From Candidatus Brocadiia bacterium (GTDB lineage: Bacteria; Planctomycetota; Brocadiia; SM23-32): DNA of 64,000 nt. The notes below the pieces were generated by a model. The model did no database searches and had not been told where the DNA came from. It worked only from the letters and a program-made list of their open reading frames with translations. This document shows positions 1-11,100 of this stretch, piece by piece (position 1 is the stretch's first letter; the number at the start of each line of letters is the position of its first letter). Where the stretch lies: positions 107,871-171,870 of the forward strand of contig JBKHIT010000003.1 in assembly GCA_046538485.1 (NCBI GenBank), read 5' to 3'. Made by a program: the position numbers and the translations under genes.

Positions 1-1
1 G

Positions 2-589
2 GTCGTTTGTTACGTTAACAGCAGTGCGGAAGTAAAGGCCGAGAGCGATTTGTGCTGCACATCCGCCAATTCTCAAGAAATAGTGAATTCTGTCGGAAAA
101 GACAGGTCGATAATTTTCGTTCCGGACAGGTTCCTGGGCACGTATACAGCATCCCAGACAGGGCGTGATTTGATCTTGTGGGACGGATATTGCCCTGTGC
201 ATGCCAATATGAGTCCAGAAGATATCGCACGGGCGCGACGGGAACACCCGGGTGCGGCCATCGTGGTTCATCCCGAATGCGGGCCGGAGGTAACTGAAAA
301 AGCTGATGCGGTGGAATCAACGAGTGGTATGTGTCGTTTCTCCGGCAAGACCAAGGCAAATGAAATCGTTGTTGGGACGGAAGTCGGTATGATATACCGT
401 CTGCAAACGGATTACCCGGACAAGTCGTTTTATCCTCTTCTCAAATCGGCGGAGTGCGCGGGTATGAAACGGAATTCTTTTCAGAAAGTGGTCTTTGCGC
501 TCCGGGAAATGCAACACAAGGTTAAGGTTCCTGAAGATATCGCTGAGAGGGCCGAGGACGCCATAAACGCGATGGTCCAGGCAGGATGA
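2..589 (+). CDS. nadA: Quinolinate synthase NadA (5'-partial; begins before the window)
   Basis: Frame open from base 2: VVCYVNSSAEVKAESDLCCTSAN, FVPDRFLG, GYCPVH, VHPEC, STSGM, GTEVG, CAGMK motifs typical of NadA. Confidence 0.95.
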   Translation, partial: VVCYVNSSAEVKAESDLCCTSANSQEIVNSVGKDRSIIFVPDRFLGTYTASQTGRDLILWDGYCPVHANMSPEDIARARREHPGAAIVVHPECGPEVTEKADAVESTSGMCRFSGKTKANEIVVGTEVGMIYRLQTDYPDKSFYPLLKSAECAGMKRNSFQKVVFALREMQHKVKVPEDIAERAEDAINAMVQAG

Positions 590-787
590 AAGGCCCCGAA
601 TACGAACCTCGGAGGGAAAACGGGCGATTAATAAGTAGCGTCGGCTCAGGGGAAATACAGGAGGTCTTTGACTCCGCGAAATTAATGCCGCCGTGTTTGC
701 GGTCTGTGAACCGGGGGTTTTGCTTTGACTGTGGCGGTGTGGCCATTAGAATCATCATATGTTTTTCTTGTTTCCACAGGTGCAGCG

Positions 788-3154
788 ATGAAACGTGTCT
801 TATTGGTCATAATGACGGTGTTTTTGGTGAATTTCTCCGGCATAATTGCGGGAGAGCAGGGCCAGACCGACTCCAGGGAGTCAATTTTTCGTTTTGCCGG
901 GCCTCATCTTTTCCCGTATAACCCGCGGATAAGCAATTTGAGGGTGGCGGATGTCAACAGTGATGGCGGCCTGGACCTCGTGTTTTTAAATAACCGTCTG
1001 AGCAAAGTGGAGTTTCGTCTTCAGAAAACCGGGCAGGCAGGGGGAGAGGACACCGATTCTACCAATACTAAAGAGCCAAATAAGATCGAAGCTGCCCGTT
1101 TGCTTAAGGAAGATGCCTTCCCGACAAGTCACACAATCAGAGCGTACAGCCCCATCCGCATGGGCGAAAAAACCCCCGGTATAGCGTATTTTTGCGATAC
1201 CAGAGAGCTTTTCCTGGCCGTGAGTAAGGAAAATGGGGATTGGGAGCAACGTCAGAGAATGTTGTTGGAAGTCGATTCATCTTATGTGGGAGGTTTTGAA
1301 ACCGCTGATTTGAACGGCGACGGCCTGGAAGATCTGGTTTTTCTCACAAGTAAAGCATTGCTGGTTTTTCCCCAGGACAGAACTGATCGCAGGTTAATGG
1401 CGCCGCGGCGATATCCGGTTGCGAAGACGAATCCTCGCCTGCTTCGCCTGGGCGATATAAGTGGCGATGGGAGGCCGGATTACATCTATGTGGCCTCTGG
1501 CACGTTCTATCCGTTGCGCGTGCGTATCACTCAGAGGGACGGAGCGGCGGGGCCGGAACACAGGTTCCGAATGCCAGGACCGCGAGATATTGCGGTGGGC
1601 GAGATTGATGGCCGAAAAGGATGCGAACTGGTTGTTATTGAATCTACTACCAACAGGATCAAAATTTTGCGGTGGTCGCGTGAAAAGCCCGAAGAAGAAG
1701 ACGAATTTGACTATTCAAACGTTCGGTTGACGCCTTTGCCAAAGGACAAGATGGCAGAGAAAAGAGACTTTGCTATCGGTGATGTTGATGGAAACGGTCT
1801 TGAAGATATTATTGTGACAAGTCCGGCGTCTTCGCAGGTGACGCTCATCAGGTCGGGGAAAAAGACAGGTATGTTGCCGCCAGAGAATTTCCCGGCATTT
1901 AAACGAACCGATCAGCTTATCATTGCTCCGAGGGGCAAGGAGGGCAGAAACGTCGTTTTCATGCTGAGCAAAGAAGAAAAAATCGTCGGAGTGAGCTTTT
2001 TCGACACCGTAAAGGGGCGTCTGACCTATCCGCAACCGATTGATACTGGCGGAAAACCGCTGAACATTGCTTTAAACCCGGGCTCAGCGGACCGCAAGGC
2101 GGGGTTGTGGTGTATGGTTGAGAAAAAGCTCGAGGATAAAGAGGAGAAGAAAAAAGAACTTTTTATTGTTTTGCTAACAGAATCCAAAGGCAAATACATT
2201 GTTGCGACCGAAACAATTGCGCCCGGGTTGGACTCGGCACCGGAGAGAGTACTTCCGATAAATCTCAACAAAGACGGGCGGGTAGATTTAATGTGCCTGA
2301 GAAAATACGAATCGCCGGTATTGCTCGTTCAAAAGGCGGATGGGACGTTCGAGAACGTGACGGCTAGAGCGGATTTTCGAGGTCATATTCTACGGGATAT
2401 AAGCAGAGCCACCGTTCACGCCGCGCCATTAAAAAAAGGGACGGATCCGCTTATTTTTGTAGCAAGCGGCAATTTAATCCGGGCGGTTGCTTTCGAAAAA
2501 AAGAATCTCGTTGTGAAGGAACAATTCAGCAGTGAACGAGGGAACGCAAAGTTTGCAGCACTTCATATTGCAGATCTGGATTCTGACGGTGAGAATGAGA
2601 TCCTGGCGCTTGATTCCAACGACGATCTGCTGAATTTCCTGGATAGAGATGAGAAAGGGATTTTCCAGACCAGGCGGAAAACCGATGTGGGAAGTTTTGG
2701 TCTTCTGGGTTTGGTTCGAATTGATCAGGATGGCGATGGACAAAAGGAAATTGTCTTTGTCGGGACGAAGAAACTCGGCGTGATGTCACGTTCCGCGTCA
2801 CGACCAAGGTTAACCGAAATCGGAATGGTCGAGGCTGATCGGGATCGGGTGCACTACGGACAGGTGCTGGTGGGCGATCTGAACAACGATGGTCGTTCTG
2901 ACCTTGTGCTACGAGAGCTGGCAAAACACCAGCTTGAGATTTACAGCTATTCACTCGGGCAGAGAGGAAACATGAACTGGAAGAGCAAGTTTCGTTTCCC
3001 GGTTTTTGAATCCCATAGTTTTCGAAGCGGTTCCTCGAGTCAGCATGGTCAACAGCCGAGGGAACTTGTGCTGGGCGACGTTACGGGAGACGGGCTGACG
3101 GATATGGCTATTATTGTTCATGACCGTGTCATTGTCTATCCGCAACAAAAATAG
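788..3154 (+). CDS. Secreted FG-GAP/VCBS-repeat beta-propeller protein
   Basis: Signal-peptide-like N-terminus MKRVLLVIMTVFLV; many DxNGDGxxDL repeats (DVNSDGGLDL, DLNGDGLEDL, DISGDGRPDY, DVDGNGLEDI, DLNNDGRSDL, DVTGDGLTDM). Confidence 0.85.
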   Translation: MKRVLLVIMTVFLVNFSGIIAGEQGQTDSRESIFRFAGPHLFPYNPRISNLRVADVNSDGGLDLVFLNNRLSKVEFRLQKTGQAGGEDTDSTNTKEPNKIEAARLLKEDAFPTSHTIRAYSPIRMGEKTPGIAYFCDTRELFLAVSKENGDWEQRQRMLLEVDSSYVGGFETADLNGDGLEDLVFLTSKALLVFPQDRTDRRLMAPRRYPVAKTNPRLLRLGDISGDGRPDYIYVASGTFYPLRVRITQRDGAAGPEHRFRMPGPRDIAVGEIDGRKGCELVVIESTTNRIKILRWSREKPEEEDEFDYSNVRLTPLPKDKMAEKRDFAIGDVDGNGLEDIIVTSPASSQVTLIRSGKKTGMLPPENFPAFKRTDQLIIAPRGKEGRNVVFMLSKEEKIVGVSFFDTVKGRLTYPQPIDTGGKPLNIALNPGSADRKAGLWCMVEKKLEDKEEKKKELFIVLLTESKGKYIVATETIAPGLDSAPERVLPINLNKDGRVDLMCLRKYESPVLLVQKADGTFENVTARADFRGHILRDISRATVHAAPLKKGTDPLIFVASGNLIRAVAFEKKNLVVKEQFSSERGNAKFAALHIADLDSDGENEILALDSNDDLLNFLDRDEKGIFQTRRKTDVGSFGLLGLVRIDQDGDGQKEIVFVGTKKLGVMSRSASRPRLTEIGMVEADRDRVHYGQVLVGDLNNDGRSDLVLRELAKHQLEIYSYSLGQRGNMNWKSKFRFPVFESHSFRSGSSSQHGQQPRELVLGDVTGDGLTDMAIIVHDRVIVYPQQK

Positions 3155-3164
3155 GAGTTGGTTA

Positions 3165-5216
3165 ATGAGGGATGCGACTCTCCGCAGTGAAGTTTGTGAG
3201 ATTTCGGAAAAAGATTTCTGGTCTTCGTTCCGAATTCTCGAGGAGAAAGAGCCCGACGCTTCAAGAAAGCTGGAGGCTGCAATTGGTTTGGCTGAAGGTG
3301 GGCACAAAGCACGGGCGTACAACCGGATTGCCGATTACCATATGATGACACTTGCGGAGGAGTGGGAAAGTATCCGGGACGAGTTTGTTTCGAAAAGTGT
3401 ACCGGATTCGGAAGAATTGGATGACCTCTACGAACGCCGGATCAAGGGGCCAGCTGGTAAAAGTGTGAGTTTCGGTGAGGACTTTGATTGGAACTGTCGA
3501 GAGTTTGGCCCACAGGGTTGTTACAGGTTTCATCGTCTTGAATGGCTTATGCCGGCTGTTCAGAAATATATTCGCGACGGGGAGAGACGTTGGGCGCGTT
3601 TTTTGAACCGGGTTCTTGTCAGTTATTACCACGCCCGGAATAATGAGGATTATCTCGGTAATAAACAGCATCCCGTTTACTGTGAACGGGGGATTGATCG
3701 CAAACTGGATGTTCTTTTGCCTGCTTATCTTGCGCTTGTCAATAATGATGATGCTGCGGTTGATACGGTTGAAGCCATTTTGAAATTTTTTCTTGGATTT
3801 GGACGTTGGTTGCAAAGTGCTGTCAAAAATTTTAGGCCCGATGCGGCCCATTGCGTTGGCACTGCCAGTCTTTTCCGCCTGGCACGTCTTTTCCCGGAAT
3901 TTGAGAAAAGCCGCGACTGGGAGGATCAAACGATCGATAATCTCGTTTCGCATGCGGACAAAAGTTTTACCAACGACGGATGCCACATAAGCCGCTGTTG
4001 GCAAACAGGATGGTGTGTTCTAGGTGCTTTAACAGAGGCGTATCTTCTGGCCGTAAAGCGAGGCGGTTTTCCAAAAGAAGAAAGGCATTTTCGCAATCGA
4101 CTTCGGATTGCATTCCGTTGGATGGCGCGTACCATGGGGCCCGGTGATACCATGCCGGGCTACGGGAATGGCTGGGTGAAGGAAAGCCCGGAAGTCTTTG
4201 ATCTCGCCGGCAAACTTTTTCGCGATACGGGGGACCGTTATTTCGGGGAAGATCGCGGGCGCTCCTGGCGGCTGCGACGTTCCGGTTATGCCGTAATGAG
4301 AAACGGGACGGGGGCAACGTCCGGATATCTGTTGCTTAACTTCGGCCGTTTTGCGGATGACCAGGCCCATTTTGATCTATTGAACCTGGATTTTTGGGCT
4401 TACGGACAACCTCTTATAGATGAAGCCGGCGGCTCTTGCTCACAAGATCAGGGGCTTGATTGCGTTATGAGAACGCCGAGAAGCCATAATCAGGTGCTTA
4501 TCGATGGCCATCCGTATGATTCCCGTGCTATTGAAGCCAAAGATATCATCTGGAAATCGACACAAGAAATCGATTTTTTCTCCGCTTGCCATCGGGCATA
4601 CCGGAAAAGGGGAGAAGTTGATGGCCGAGATTTTATTCCGAGCATGGATGCTGTGATCAGGCGAACTGTCGTCTTTGTCAAAAAACCAGGATATGCTGTT
4701 GTAATGGATTCGGTGCAGCCCGAAGGGAACGGAGATTATAATCGTTCTATTTCAGCGTGGTGGCACTCAAGCCAGCCATTCAAAGTGGCAGCTACCGGAC
4801 GGGCTATTACTAAAGGTAGTCCCGGGATGCTCGTGTTTTCGGTCCGTCCACAGGGGATCCACCGTATGGAAACCGGTGTTGACCGATATCCGGATGAATG
4901 CATGGAAAAAAACATGGCCCGCTACTACCTCCGGGTGAGGCGGTGGGGCGCACCGGGGCACACCGGTTGCCTGGGCTTTATCACGTTGCTGTATCCTTTC
5001 GAGGATAAAACTCCTGAGATCGCTTTTGATACGCTGCCCACGCACGGAGGAGAACAGTGGCGGAGCGAGGCCATCGAAGTAAGGAGTCCTGCGGGGCGCG
5101 ATATTTTGGTTTTGAATCCCGAAAGAATGCGCAATTTGCTCTGGCGTGGTCGTGATCTGAGCTCGCGTGCCTGGATCCGGCTGGGCGGGGAGCGGGGGAC
5201 AGTAACTGTCGAATGA
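3165..5216 (+). CDS. Heparinase II/III-like (polysaccharide lyase fold) protein
   Basis: AGGAG RBS before ATG 3165; SGYAVMR, HFDLLNLDFWAYGQPLIDEAG and SHNQVLIDG motifs of the heparinase II/III C-terminal domain. Confidence 0.75.
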   Translation: MRDATLRSEVCEISEKDFWSSFRILEEKEPDASRKLEAAIGLAEGGHKARAYNRIADYHMMTLAEEWESIRDEFVSKSVPDSEELDDLYERRIKGPAGKSVSFGEDFDWNCREFGPQGCYRFHRLEWLMPAVQKYIRDGERRWARFLNRVLVSYYHARNNEDYLGNKQHPVYCERGIDRKLDVLLPAYLALVNNDDAAVDTVEAILKFFLGFGRWLQSAVKNFRPDAAHCVGTASLFRLARLFPEFEKSRDWEDQTIDNLVSHADKSFTNDGCHISRCWQTGWCVLGALTEAYLLAVKRGGFPKEERHFRNRLRIAFRWMARTMGPGDTMPGYGNGWVKESPEVFDLAGKLFRDTGDRYFGEDRGRSWRLRRSGYAVMRNGTGATSGYLLLNFGRFADDQAHFDLLNLDFWAYGQPLIDEAGGSCSQDQGLDCVMRTPRSHNQVLIDGHPYDSRAIEAKDIIWKSTQEIDFFSACHRAYRKRGEVDGRDFIPSMDAVIRRTVVFVKKPGYAVVMDSVQPEGNGDYNRSISAWWHSSQPFKVAATGRAITKGSPGMLVFSVRPQGIHRMETGVDRYPDECMEKNMARYYLRVRRWGAPGHTGCLGFITLLYPFEDKTPEIAFDTLPTHGGEQWRSEAIEVRSPAGRDILVLNPERMRNLLWRGRDLSSRAWIRLGGERGTVTVE

Positions 5217-5223
5217 GAGATGA

Positions 5224-6111
5224 TCAAGCCCGGGGATGAGATTGATCGTAAATTTCTTTCAGGTTCTCGGTGGTCAGGTGTGTGTAAATCTGTGTGGTAC
5301 TCAGATTCTCATGACCGAGCAGCTCCTGAATCGAACGAAGGTCTGCTCCGTTTTGAAGCATGTGGGTGGCAAAACTGTGCCTTAGAGAATGGGGACTGAG
5401 ATTTGCGTCAAGACCCGCTTTCAGAAGATATTTTCGCAGAATGCGCCGGACACTCCGCGATGTTAAACGCCCCCCATCGACCGCATTAATAAAAAGCGCA
5501 ATTGGGCTGCGATCGGGCAGGTTCGCCTCTCGGACCTTGCTGCGATAGCTGCGAATAGCCCGGATTGCCGTCGACCCCAAAGGAGCGAGGCGTTCTTTCT
5601 TGCCTTTCCCTTGCACACGAGCAACTTCCGCCGAAAGGTCAAGATCGTCAAGATCCAGCGAAACGAGCTCGCTAACCCGCAGTCCGCCCCCATAAAGTGT
5701 CTCAAGTATCGCCAGGTCGCGGGCCCCTTTCCAATCGGTCGTTTCCGGGGCATCCATCAAGCGTTCAATATCTGCGACTGTGAGAAAACGAGGCAGTTTC
5801 TTTTCCTGCCGGGGCGTCCGCAGGACCGAAACCGGATTCTTCTTTATGTAGCCCTCCCTGTACATAAATTTATAGAGAGAACGAATGGCTGATACTTTCC
5901 GCGCGACGGTGCTTCTCGACAGCCCACGGGCGCGGAGAGTTGCCAGAAAACCCCTTACGTCCCGGAGAACTGCTGCCTGTACCTCTTTTTCGCGCGCATT
6001 AAGGAAATCACGGAAATCCTCAAGGTCCGTCCGATAGGCGCGTAGAGTGTGTTCAGAATAGCTTTTCTCAACTTTGAGCCGGTTCAAAAACTGGTCGACA
6101 AGAGAATCCAT
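5224..6111 (-). CDS. xerC: Tyrosine recombinase XerC
   Basis: SEHTLRAYRTDL, ARDLAILETLYGGGLRVSEL, GKGKKER, SPHSLRHSFATHML, IQELLGHENLSTTQIYTH, HPRA C-terminus; start taken at ATG 6111. Confidence 0.9.
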   Translation of the reverse strand: MDSLVDQFLNRLKVEKSYSEHTLRAYRTDLEDFRDFLNAREKEVQAAVLRDVRGFLATLRARGLSRSTVARKVSAIRSLYKFMYREGYIKKNPVSVLRTPRQEKKLPRFLTVADIERLMDAPETTDWKGARDLAILETLYGGGLRVSELVSLDLDDLDLSAEVARVQGKGKKERLAPLGSTAIRAIRSYRSKVREANLPDRSPIALFINAVDGGRLTSRSVRRILRKYLLKAGLDANLSPHSLRHSFATHMLQNGADLRSIQELLGHENLSTTQIYTHLTTENLKEIYDQSHPRA

Positions 6112-6150
6112 CTGGCATCCAATCAAGAAGGAAAAACGGAGTCGGGTTAC

Positions 6151-6422
6151 TAGTGGTCCGTTCCACTTGATGTTGTGCGTTCAGCCGTTCGTCGGCGGTT
6201 CAGATGCAAGGCGCAGTGAGAAGTTCGACCCAAGTGGGTCCACGCCGAACTGCAACGCCGCAGATGGGCCGCCGCCGTCCGGCCCGAGGGGAGCAATTCT
6301 GCCGGGCCATTTCTTCGTTGCGGCTTCGCAGGGACCCGTCCGGGTCACCTTTGGCGCCGCGCTTCGAACTGACCTCGGCAGAAATGCTCTGAACCCACAA
6401 AATCAAATGGAACGGACCACTA
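6151..6422. mobile_element. MITE-like non-autonomous element with 34-bp terminal inverted repeats
   Basis: TAGTGGTCCGTTCCACTTGATGTTGTGCGTTCAG (6151-6184) versus the reverse complement of 6389-6422 (TAGTGGTCCGTTCCATTTGATTTTGTGGGTTCAG): 31/34 identical; TA at both outer ends; no transposase inside. Confidence 0.75.
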
Positions 6423-7062
6423 TCCTGCATCTTACGGATGCAGGCTATATAAAACGGCGCATGTCGTTTAGGAGTAAGAACTTACGAAAACAAGAAGTGT
6501 TCACAATTTCCGACCACCGCCGCCGTGCCGGAAGATGTCTGTATCTTCCTTGCGAAAAAGCAGTTAAAGCCAGTCGTTTCTCAACGTAACGTTCGCCTCG
6601 TTGGTGATCACTGATTTGAAGTTGTCAGATTTTATGCGCCGTTTTTTTCGCCCGGATTTTGGGCTGGGAAGGGTTGTGAACGGTGTTCAATAAAGATTCT
6701 ACCCTGATTGGGCAACAATAGCTCCCAATTATCCGTAAAATCCGGGCTAGAAAGGCAAAAAGGCTAAGACACCTATCTTCCAGACCACTAGAATAGCATT
6801 TGTGAGGGAGCAGTCTCAAGAAATATCGGGGCCATGCTGACCCGCCGGGGTGGATGTTCGGCGGGGGATTTTTGGTGTCTGCTTTCTTTCGACCCATATC
6901 GTTGGCATTTTTTATAAGTCAAAAATGCCCATTAAGGCGGACAGAAACGACCTGGAAATGCGAAGAAACTTGACATTGGTTCTTTGCTCGGGTAGGTTTC
7001 CACATTCGGCGAAATTGTGGGTGGGGGCGTTTATGAACCACTGATATAAATGGGAGAATGGG

Positions 7063-8040
7063 ATGGATCCGGACAAACTGGAAGTTGGGGAACTTGTTAC
7101 AGACGTTTTTCTGATTGCAAAATCGAGACTTGGGACAGACCGACGCGGGCAGAATTATTACACTCTTACCGTGAACTGTGCAGGTGGCAAACAGCTGGAG
7201 GCTAAAATTTGGAGTGACAATATCGGGGCTCCTCTGGAGGTCGGGCAGGCTATTGAGGCCCTTGCTCGCGTTGACGAATATATGGGAGATACACAACTTA
7301 ACATTCAACGTTATGAGGTTATTCCTCCGGAAGAATTCGACCCTTCTCCGTACGTCCGTTCCAGCGATATTGACGCTGATGCTGCGTTTAACACTTTGTT
7401 CGATTGGCAAGGGGACGATTTTAGCAATCCATACCTCAAGCGTTTGATGAAAGAACTTTACGAGAACGAAGGATTTGCCCGATCATTCAAGACAAGTCCC
7501 GCTGCGAGTCATCACCATCACAACTACCTCGGCGGTCTCGCCGAGCATACGCTTGAGGTGTGGGAGCTGGCTGAACGGTTCTGCGCGCAGTACGAAGAAC
7601 AGATAAGCCGGGAACTTGTGCTGGCGGGAGCCGCCTTACATGACATCGGGAAAATCCGCTGCTATGAACTTCTCAGTGGAGTGAGCGAACATACAGATGA
7701 AGGCTACCTGCTGAATCATATCTTCATAAGCTCCTCTATGATCAGTAATCTTTGGGACCAAAACGTCACACCGGAGGTCGACCCGGAAAATAAAGAGGAA
7801 GCTAACGAGCTGAAACATGTTTTGCTTCACATCATCCTCAGTCATCACGGGAAAAAAGAATGGGGCTCGCCCATCATACCCCAGACCCCCGAGGCGCTGC
7901 TGATTCATTATTGCGATCAAATCAGCGCGACCATGCGCACGTGTTTCGATGCCGTGGAAGAAATCCCTGAAGGTGAATCGTGGACGGACTGGCTTCTCGT
8001 GATGGACAACCGGCGAAAGCTCTTTGCGCCCGAGCGTTGA
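7063..8040 (+). CDS. YhaM/Cbf1-family 3'-5' exoribonuclease (OB fold + HD domain)
   Basis: N-terminal OB fold (LEAKIW...YMGDTQLNI); PAASHHHHNYLGGLAEHT, LHDIGKI, IILSHHGKKEWGSP, PQTPEALLIHYCD. Confidence 0.85.
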   Translation: MDPDKLEVGELVTDVFLIAKSRLGTDRRGQNYYTLTVNCAGGKQLEAKIWSDNIGAPLEVGQAIEALARVDEYMGDTQLNIQRYEVIPPEEFDPSPYVRSSDIDADAAFNTLFDWQGDDFSNPYLKRLMKELYENEGFARSFKTSPAASHHHHNYLGGLAEHTLEVWELAERFCAQYEEQISRELVLAGAALHDIGKIRCYELLSGVSEHTDEGYLLNHIFISSSMISNLWDQNVTPEVDPENKEEANELKHVLLHIILSHHGKKEWGSPIIPQTPEALLIHYCDQISATMRTCFDAVEEIPEGESWTDWLLVMDNRRKLFAPER

Positions 8041-8173
8041 AGTGGTCTGAAAAATCGTTTCAGTCTCCAGATCATGCAGGGAAGATGAAAACAGGATCGT
8101 CAAAGACCACAAAAACCCGACGCAAGACAAAAATTGAAAATCGCGGTACCGCTCGTTTTATAAGGAGAACGTT

Positions 8174-11100
8174 TTGAGCACTAAAGAGGTTTATCAGGAA
8201 TTTGTCAGTCCAAACGCACAATACCGAGGGAAGCCTTTCTGGGCCTGGAACGGCGTTCTTGACAGCGAAGAATTGAGGCGCCAGATTCGTGTTATGGACG
8301 AAATGGGTCTCGGCGGATTCTTCATGCATAGCCGCGTCGGACTCGGAACAGCATATTTGTCTGACGAATGGTTCGATATGATCAAAGCGTGCGTCGATGA
8401 AGCCAGAAAACGGGACATGGAAGCCTGGATGTACGATGAAGACCGCTGGCCTTCGGGGGCCGCAGGCGGCTTCGTGACGAAAGATGAACGTTACAGGCGG
8501 CGAAGCCTCGTGGTGGTTCCCGAACATCCCGATAATGTTGAACTCGGAATTACCCCCCTCACACTGTTTGTGGCCCGGATTGAGGACGGATCTCTCATTG
8601 AGTACCAGAAGTATGAGAAAACAGAGGACCTGCCGGCGGACCTGGAACAGCCTGAGAGCTATCTGAGCTTCTATGTCAAACTGGACGATCCTTCCTCCTG
8701 GTACAATAATGGCACCTATCTCGACACAATGAATCACGAGGCCGTGCAGCGTTTCATCGAAGTGACGCACGAGAGATATCGCGAGGAAGTTGGCGATGAG
8801 TTTGGAAACCATATCCCCGGGATCTTTACCGATGAACCTAATTATGGAAACATTGTCCAGCCTTTTGCGATTGAGGGAACGAAATCCTGGGAAACCGCCT
8901 GGACCGGGTCGCTTCCAGAAACGTTCAGCAAACGTTACGGCTACGAGATCATGGATGTGCTTCCTGAAATATTTTTCACCCCCGAGGGCGAAGAAATTTC
9001 TACGACTCGGTGGGATTATATGGATTGTGTTACGTTCCTTTTTTCCGATGCCTTCGCAAGGCAAATAGGGGAGTGGTGTGAAGAGAACAATGTAATGCAC
9101 ACGGGACATGTCCTTGCGGAGGGGACTCTTCGTTCCCAGAGTAGCGTCGTCGGATCGGCAATGCGATTTTACGAATATATGCAAGCTCAGGGGATCGATA
9201 TCCTGACGGAGCATAATTACGAGTACGGAACCGCTAAGCAATGTTCCAGCGTACAGCATCAAATGGGCCGCCGCTGGGTGCTGAGCGAGACCTATGGGTG
9301 CACGGGCTGGGATTTCAGTTTTGAAGGACACAAAGCCGTTGGCGACTGGCAGGCGGCTCTTGGAATCAATCTGAGGTGTCAGCACCTCTCCTGGTATACC
9401 ATGGCCGGTCAGGCCAAGCGCGATTATCCCGCTTCTATCCATTATCAATCTCCCTGGTGGCGGTACTACAGCACTGTGGAAGATTATTTTGCACGCCTTG
9501 CTGTGCTGACCAGCCGAGGACAAGCCGTCCGCCCACTGCTTGTCGTCCACCCTGTTGAAAGCGTCTGGGCTCTTGCCGGAGCGGAATGGCAAGACGATGA
9601 ACGGGTCAAAATCCTGGACCAGCAACACGACCAACTGCGTCAGTGGTTGTTGGAGGAACACCTGGATTTCGATTACGGGGACGAGGACATGATCGCTCGA
9701 CTCGGAAAGGTTGATGCTGAGGAGCAGTCGCTCTGCATCGGAGAGGCGAACTACCAGACAGTTCTGGTGCCACCTATGCTGACGATACGGAGCAGCACTG
9801 CTGAAATTCTCAGCGAGTTCGCCGAAAAGGGCGGAAAAGTTGTTTTCTGCGGACAGATCCCTGAATACGTGGATGCTGCCAAACCCGAGGGGGGAGAACT
9901 CGACTTTGCTGGAAACTGCGCGCAGGCTTCCTTTTCCCGTGACCCCGTCGTTGATTCGGTGGCCGAGACACGTGTGGTCAGTATAACCGACGAGAACGGG
10001 AAACAGTGCAGGGATGTTCTGTATCTATTGCACCGGGACGGTTCGGACTACTACCTGTTTATCTGTAATACGAACCGGGAGGAAGGCACCGGGGTTTTGA
10101 AGATAAAAATCGAGGCTGAAGGACAGGTACAGGCCTGGAACGCTGAAACCGGTGAGCGCTCGGATGCGGGAGCCGAGATCACTGAAGACGGCATGGAATT
10201 TTCCAGGGCACTTGCCCCTACCGGTAGCGCTGTTTTTGTAATAACTCCGGATGAAGAAGATTTGTCCGAGGAGAAACGCGCTTCAGAAGTAAAATCCGTG
10301 CCGTTGCCGGAAGACGGATGGGATATGCGGGTGAATGAACCGAATGTTTATGTGCTTGACCGCGTTTGGTACCGCATTGAGGAGGGGGACTGGCAGGGAC
10401 CAGCAGAAGTGCTCAAGGCGGATAACGCCATTCGCGACGCAATTGGACTTGATTCCCGTGGAGGGAAAATGGTCCAACCGTGGGCGAGAGAAGAAACGGC
10501 GGAAGGTCCAAAAGGGGAAGTGCAGTTGCGTGCGGAATTTAAGGTTGATGAAATTCCGAAAGGGCCTATCCAGGTGGCGCTCGAGGATCCCCAGAGGTTT
10601 TCAATTACACTGAACGGCCAGAGCGTTTCCACGGAAGCTGAATGTGGCTGGTGGGTCGATCGGTCTATTCGTGTGATTCCACTCGATGTGGCAGAGGTAA
10701 AGGAAGGCACAAATACCATAGAACTTTCTGGAACTTATGACGATGATGCCGGGCTGGAGACTATGTTTTTGCTCGGATATTTTGGCGTCTCTTTGAACGG
10801 CAATGAGGCTGTTATAAAGGGCTTGTCTCATTTAGATTTTGGGGATTGGACTCAGCAGGATCTGCCATTCTACAGCGGTGCGATAGCCTATGAAAGAAGC
10901 GTTCCGGTGCAGGCTGATAGCCGCAAAGTATTCGTGAAAGTGCCTGATTTCAGCGGTGCTTGTGCGCGAGTGCTGGTTGACGGCGAAGAAGCGGGAGTGA
11001 TAGGCTGGCAACCGGCCGAAGTTGAGATTACGGAATACGTGCAGGATACGAGGGAAATTGGCCTGACCATTGAAGTAGTCTCGCACCGCAGGAATGCGTT

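Noticed and set aside
5224..6111. xerC as an integrase marking a prophage or integron
   Set aside because: Housekeeping XerC length and HPRA end, no IntI-type insertion, no attC arrays or phage genes nearby.
6490..6690. GTTCACAA / TTGTGAAC as DnaA boxes of an origin
   Set aside because: Poor match to TTATCCACA, too few copies, no dnaA/dnaN context.
8072..9661. 529-aa antisense ORF
   Set aside because: Lies almost entirely opposite the GH106-like gene and has no motifs; typical antisense shadow.
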